A stretch of DNA of 38,584 nt from Smithellaceae bacterium (GTDB lineage Bacteria; Desulfobacterota; Syntrophia; Syntrophales; CAMTWB01), in assembly GCA_034368785.1 (NCBI GenBank), contig JAXMLI010000209.1:1-38584 (forward strand), read 5' to 3'. Of this stretch, positions 34,296 to 38,584 are shown piece after piece (positions within the stretch are counted from its first letter, which is position 1; each line of letters opens with the position of its first letter). Under the pieces are notes generated by a model, which worked only from the letters and a program-made list of their open reading frames with translations, had not been told where the DNA came from and did not search any database. A program made the position numbers and the translations under genes.

Positions 34296-35780
34296 ATGAA
34301 GATTGTAGCCCTTATACCTGTCTGGCTGATCCTGTGCATGGGGATGCTGGCCGGCTGCGTTGCCGGTCCCGATTTCAAGCGGCCCGCCGCACCTGAGGTG
34401 GCCGGTTACAGCGTCGCGCCTCTGCCCGCGCAAACCGTATCCTCTGCCGGAGCGCTGGGCCAGGCGCAACGTTTTATGCCGGGGGCCAAGACCCCAACCT
34501 CCTGGTGGCGGCAGTTCGAGTCGCCGAAACTCGATGCCCTGATCGAACAGGCATTACAAGCCAGTCCCTCCCTGGAAGCGGCCAACGCCACCTTGCGACA
34601 GGCCCGGCAAACCTATGAGGCGCGAGCCGGCGCTACCCTCCATCCTCAAATGAATGCCAGACTGGGGGCGCAACGCCTGGGAACAAACACTGCCGCGAGC
34701 GGCCAGTCCGGTGGCGAGAGGGTGTTCGACCTCTACAACGCCTCGGTGGACGTAAGCTACAACCTCGATCTCTCCGGCGGCAACCGCCGGACCCTCGAAG
34801 CCCTGGCCGCACAGGCCGACTATCAAGGCTTTCAGCGCGAGGGCGCCCGCTTAACCGTTGCGGCTAATGTGGCTACGGCGGCCATGGCCCAGGCGCAGCT
34901 TATTTCACGAATCGAGGCCACCGAGGCCATCCTTGCGGCGCAAAGCGAACAACTGGATATCACCCGCGCACGTCTGAACCTCGGTGCGGCCTCGGGCCAT
35001 GATTTCTTTACGTGGCAAACACAAGTGGAACAAACACGCGCGCTGATACCGCCATTGCATAGTTCCCTGGCGCAGATAACCCATCTGCTGGCCGTCCTGG
35101 CCGGGCAGCCGCCAGGGGCCGGGACGATGCCTCAATTTGCCCTTGCCGATTTTAATCTGGCCACGGATTTACCGGTAAGCGTACCGTCAGAGCTGGTTCG
35201 ACAGCGCCCGGACATTCGCGCTTCCGAGGCCCTGCTTCACGCGGCCAGCGCCCAGTACGGCCTGTCCGTTTCCAAACTATATCCTCAGATTTCCCTCAGC
35301 GCCAATCTTGGTTCACAAGCGATCACCCTGGCCAGTCTGTTCGGCCCCGGATCATTGGTGTGGGGGTTGGCGGGGCAATTGGCGCAGCCCCTGTTCCAAG
35401 GGGGGCTTCGCGCCGAGTCGCGGGCCGCCGAGGCGGGTTTCGATGCGGCCGCGGCCAATTATCGCCAAACCGTGCTGCAGGCGCTGCGCAATGTGGCCGA
35501 CGTACTCTCGGCCCTCGACTACGACGCCCGGACGCTGGCGGCCCAAGCCGCCGCCCACGCGTCCGCGTTGGAGTCGCTCCGGTTGGTGGAGCAGCAGTAT
35601 GGTCTGGGAGCGGTCAGTTATCTGGCGCTTCTCACGGCGCGGCAACAGGCAGAGCAGACTCGGCTCAGCCTGATCACGGCGCAGACTCAACGTCTGTCCG
35701 ACACGGTTGCCCTGTACCAGGCCATGGGGGGCGGGTGGTTACATGATGAAGGCACGGCGGCCACAGGCGAGCCCCTGTAA
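34296..35780 (+). CDS. Outer-membrane efflux lipoprotein, NodT/OprM (TolC-family) factor
   Basis: Lipobox LAGC. Two OEP repeats. Typical C-terminal LYQAMGGGW motif. Confidence 0.9.
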   Translation: MKIVALIPVWLILCMGMLAGCVAGPDFKRPAAPEVAGYSVAPLPAQTVSSAGALGQAQRFMPGAKTPTSWWRQFESPKLDALIEQALQASPSLEAANATLRQARQTYEARAGATLHPQMNARLGAQRLGTNTAASGQSGGERVFDLYNASVDVSYNLDLSGGNRRTLEALAAQADYQGFQREGARLTVAANVATAAMAQAQLISRIEATEAILAAQSEQLDITRARLNLGAASGHDFFTWQTQVEQTRALIPPLHSSLAQITHLLAVLAGQPPGAGTMPQFALADFNLATDLPVSVPSELVRQRPDIRASEALLHAASAQYGLSVSKLYPQISLSANLGSQAITLASLFGPGSLVWGLAGQLAQPLFQGGLRAESRAAEAGFDAAAANYRQTVLQALRNVADVLSALDYDARTLAAQAAAHASALESLRLVEQQYGLGAVSYLALLTARQQAEQTRLSLITAQTQRLSDTVALYQAMGGGWLHDEGTAATGEPL

Positions 35781-35984
35781 GCGGGGTTATCTTGTCCTCT
35801 GTTCCCGGCACTGCCCGGGAACGCGCAAACGATTCTGATTGACAGTCTCAAGCATTATTCGTACTTTGCAATCAATGTTACCGGTCGCCGAATACGATAT
35901 TTGCAGTTGGCAATCACTTGTCATGGTCGGTGAGAAAGCTTAACTCGTTTCGAAGAATGGTGAATGCAGGAAGGGAGGTTTGCC

Positions 35985-36191
35985 ATGCCTACCGCAATGG
36001 AGCAGCGATTGGACAGGCTTGTCCATGAAATAAACGAAATCAAAAAAGAGATGATTCTGCAGAAGGTGCCGTACGCTGTCAGAGCCGTCAGGAAAATCAA
36101 CGCCTGGAAGTCTCTGGGAGAGAAGATTTCCGTCAGGTGGGATCATGTTTCCGCCGTTGATGAAATCAGGCAGCAGCGGGATGGGGTATGA
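35985..36191 (+). CDS. Small antitoxin-like protein (unassigned family)
   Basis: SD GGGAGG lies 6 nt before ATG 35985. The protein is 68 aa and helical/charged (MEQRLDRLVHEINEIKKEM...). Its stop overlaps (ATGA) the start of a PIN-like stub. Confidence 0.45.
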   Translation: MPTAMEQRLDRLVHEINEIKKEMILQKVPYAVRAVRKINAWKSLGEKISVRWDHVSAVDEIRQQRDGV

Positions 36192-36232
36192 TGAAAAAGC
36201 TGGCCATCGACAGTTCCGTGACGAAATGGTGA
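36188..36232 (+). pseudogene. Truncated PIN-domain toxin remnant (14 codons)
   Basis: MMKKLAIDSSVTKW* resembles a VapC N-terminus (xxxIDSSVxxKW), then stops. It is coupled to the upstream small ORF by an ATGA overlap. Confidence 0.4.
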
Positions 36233-36290
36233 AAAAATTCCAAACGCCATAAATAAGGAAATAAAATATTTAGCTAGAGGTGCATTTCAA

Positions 36291-37826
36291 ATGAAACAGA
36301 ACGATGTTCTGCGTCTATCGCTGCCTCCAGACCTTTCCTATCTTCATTTAGCCCAGATGGTCATTCGAGAGACGGCACGGAAAATCGGTTTCACCGGCGA
36401 CGATCTCTATCAAATCGACCTGGCTTCAGAAGAGGCGATTTCCAATGTCATGGTACACGCATTTGCAGACCATGAACGGGAAAACTTTGAACTCATCTGT
36501 GAGCGGGCGCCTCTGGGCATGAAGATCACCATTAAAGAAAAGGGTCTGCCCTTTGATCCCGGGCAAATTCCGGATTATTGCCCGTCAGAGGACATCGATA
36601 AGATGTCGGCCTCCGGCATGGGGATATTCCTCATGAAGAAATTCATGAATGAGGTATATTTCCGTAACCTCGGCATGGAGGGCAAAGAAACACACCTGGT
36701 CAAGTATTTGCCGGCAAGGAGTATCGATTCATACCTGTCTGCAAAGGAACTCGCGGAAGCAGAAACCAAAGAAGTATCAGACTTGGGAATACCATTCCCC
36801 TCGCTGCCCAACCGGGAAAGGATCGCCTACAAGGTCCGGAGGATGGAACCCGCCGAAGCAGTGGAGATTGCCCGGTGCGCCTATAAATCGCATGGCTATA
36901 CGTTTTTCGACGATCACATCTATTATCCGGAGCGGATTATCGAACTCAACAAGACGGACGAAATGATTTCCGCTGTCGCCGTGACGGAAGATGATATTTT
37001 CATGGGACACGCCGCCCTTCTTTATCCCTCGCTTTCGACGCGGATCGCCGAATACACATTTGTCTTCGTGAATCAGGAGTACCGCGGTCATGGATGCATG
37101 GAGCGGATCGCCGACTTTTTGTTCCACTGTCCCAAGAAAAAATCCCTCGATGGCGTTTATGTCTATTCCGTGACCAACCACGACTTTACCCAGCGGGGAA
37201 TAGCCCGGTTCGGCATTCGCGATTGCGGTCTCCTGCTTGCTTCCAGCCCCGAAACTTGGGTCTTCAAGGGGATCGAATCGGATCAGGTCCAACGGATCAC
37301 GGTCGCCCTGAGCTTCAAGTACCTCACCCCTCCCCCGACCCTGACCCTGTATCCCCCGGCCCGGCATCAGCCCATCATTGCCCGTCTGTATCAAAACATC
37401 GGCGCGCCGAACCACCGCTTTCTTACCCCGGACGAGGATTTTCAACAACACCTTCCCGCGGAGGCGAAGATCCTGACCGATGTCCTCATGACGGAAAATT
37501 GCGCGGAAATTCATGTGGTAAGCTACGGCGGCAACGTTCGCCATGAAGTCCGGAAAACCCTGCGAGACCTGTGTCTGAAAAATGTGGCCGCCATTCAGCT
37601 CTTTTTGAATCTGAAAGATCCCGTCACTTTTTCCATGACGGCGGAATTTGAAAAGATCGGCTTCTTCTTTGCCGGTATCCTGCCTCTGGCCCTGGTCGGG
37701 GACGCGTTGATTCTCCAATATCTGAACAATGTCCGCATTGATTATGACAAGATCGTTCTATTTACGGACGAAGCCCGTCAAATCAGAGACTATGTCCGGG
37801 AAATGGACCCCAATCGAGATTTTTAA
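36291..37826 (+). CDS. Fusion protein: RsbW/SpoIIAB-like HATPase_c_2 kinase domain plus a GNAT acetyltransferase region
   Basis: The N-terminal ~145 aa carry EEAISNVMVHAF (N box) and ASGMGIFLMKKFM (G box). The middle part is GNAT-like (FVFVNQEYRGHGCMERIADFLF). The C-terminal ~170 aa may be a second, degenerate GNAT-like fold. Confidence 0.7.
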   Translation: MKQNDVLRLSLPPDLSYLHLAQMVIRETARKIGFTGDDLYQIDLASEEAISNVMVHAFADHERENFELICERAPLGMKITIKEKGLPFDPGQIPDYCPSEDIDKMSASGMGIFLMKKFMNEVYFRNLGMEGKETHLVKYLPARSIDSYLSAKELAEAETKEVSDLGIPFPSLPNRERIAYKVRRMEPAEAVEIARCAYKSHGYTFFDDHIYYPERIIELNKTDEMISAVAVTEDDIFMGHAALLYPSLSTRIAEYTFVFVNQEYRGHGCMERIADFLFHCPKKKSLDGVYVYSVTNHDFTQRGIARFGIRDCGLLLASSPETWVFKGIESDQVQRITVALSFKYLTPPPTLTLYPPARHQPIIARLYQNIGAPNHRFLTPDEDFQQHLPAEAKILTDVLMTENCAEIHVVSYGGNVRHEVRKTLRDLCLKNVAAIQLFLNLKDPVTFSMTAEFEKIGFFFAGILPLALVGDALILQYLNNVRIDYDKIVLFTDEARQIRDYVREMDPNRDF

Positions 37827-37863
37827 AGGAGATTCCCGATGATTTTCGCTGGGAGGTGCAACC

Positions 37864-38385
37864 GTGAAAAATGGATCAGAGCCGTTTTACATCGAACTCC
37901 TGTCCTGGAGGAATCTGCGATCCGCCCTGAATCTCCTGAATCGTGTCTTCCCGCGGGAAGCCCAGGCAGGTGAACGACCGGTTGTCTTCTTTACGGCCAG
38001 CCTTTGTTCTGTGGGACGATTCCTGCTGAAATGGAAAGGATACCCCTTTGTCCGCTACTGGGTCGCCAGAGACAACGAAACCGGCGCGGTGATCGGAACG
38101 GTCGGTTTGTATACCAAAGCGGACGACGACGAGGCTTACTGGGGGGGCTGGATGTGTGTGGATCCCGAAGCACGCGGAAAATCTCTCGGGATGATGCTCG
38201 CCTACCGGGCCTTGGTGGAGGCAATCAAAATGGGCGACCGGAAATACGTCCGGCTTTATACTTCCACGGACCCCAATGAGGCGGCGGCCCAGATCATGTA
38301 CGACCAGATGGGGCTGCAGGTTTACAGGGTCGAGGACGAGTCCGGCACGGGCTACAAAAGGCTCTATCGTCAGATCGAACTGTAA
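37864..38385 (+). CDS. GNAT-family N-acetyltransferase
   Basis: 173 aa. GTVGLY...WMCVDPEARGKSLGMMLAYRAL is the acetyl-CoA motif A region. GTG start with SD GGGAGG. Confidence 0.8.
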   Translation: MKNGSEPFYIELLSWRNLRSALNLLNRVFPREAQAGERPVVFFTASLCSVGRFLLKWKGYPFVRYWVARDNETGAVIGTVGLYTKADDDEAYWGGWMCVDPEARGKSLGMMLAYRALVEAIKMGDRKYVRLYTSTDPNEAAAQIMYDQMGLQVYRVEDESGTGYKRLYRQIEL

Positions 38386-38402
38386 CCCGCCCGATGAAGA
38401 TT

Positions 38403-38534
38403 GACGACTTCGTAAAAAGTACCCAAGGCGTCATTCCCGCGTAGGCGGGAATCCAGAAGTAATTGAATACACTAGATTCCCGCCTACGCGGGAATGACAG
38501 AATGTGGGGTTTTCAGACTTTTTACCGCTTCATC
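38403..38534. mobile_element. MITE-like element, copy E5, with 6-bp target-site duplication
   Basis: TIRs are GACGACTTCGTAAAAAGT (38403-38420) and GACTTTTTACCGCTTCATC (38516-38534). It is flanked by AAGATT at 38397-38402 and 38535-38540. An internal perfect 23-nt inverted repeat GTCATTCCCGCGTAGGCGGGAAT lies at 38430-38452 and 38476-38498. Confidence 0.65.
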
Positions 38535-38584
38535 AAGATTGATCCAACCGAAATCTCGGGGGAAGGATTTGCAAATTGACTGAT

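Overview
This is a 38.6-kb chromosomal segment, moderately GC-rich. Its gene content fits a strictly anaerobic, sigma-54-rich deltaproteobacterium (Syntrophus/Smithella-like), but that placement is inference from gene content only.

Genes in order:
- hydE-like radical-SAM maturase.
- A Spy/CpxP/ZraP-like periplasmic protein with a near-consensus sigma-54 promoter, divergent from a histidine kinase / NtrC-type regulator pair.
- An MFS transporter plus a URO-D-family gene.
- etfB-etfA plus a NapH-like membrane polyferredoxin.
- A second histidine kinase / NtrC-type pair.
- A family-5 ABC importer whose ATPase is a single NBD-NBD-TsaA/TrmO-like fusion.
- Two YeeE/YedE half-transporters.
- A sigma-54-linked operon of small secreted Gly-rich proteins plus an outer-membrane barrel.
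- A Tat-exported split-Soret-like dihaem protein.
- dinB, yaiI and phd/vapC.
- A TetR-controlled DevBCA/MacAB-type exporter with a NodT outer-membrane factor.
- An orphan antitoxin with a PIN stub.
- An RsbW-like kinase-GNAT fusion next to a second GNAT.

Strongest hunt results:
1. One YeeE/YedE gene has an in-frame TGA exactly at the family's conserved Cys, with a SECIS-like hairpin just downstream. This makes it a candidate selenoprotein.
2. Two paralogous ~150-nt elements each carry a conserved 21-codon small ORF that is below the ORF-track cutoff.
3. A MITE-like repeat family occupies almost every intergenic gap. Two copies have 6-bp target duplications, and one sits in an ATGA gene junction flanked by a 12-bp direct repeat.
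4. Relic direct repeats bracket the ABC cassette.

All family assignments were made by eye from motifs. No database search was run.
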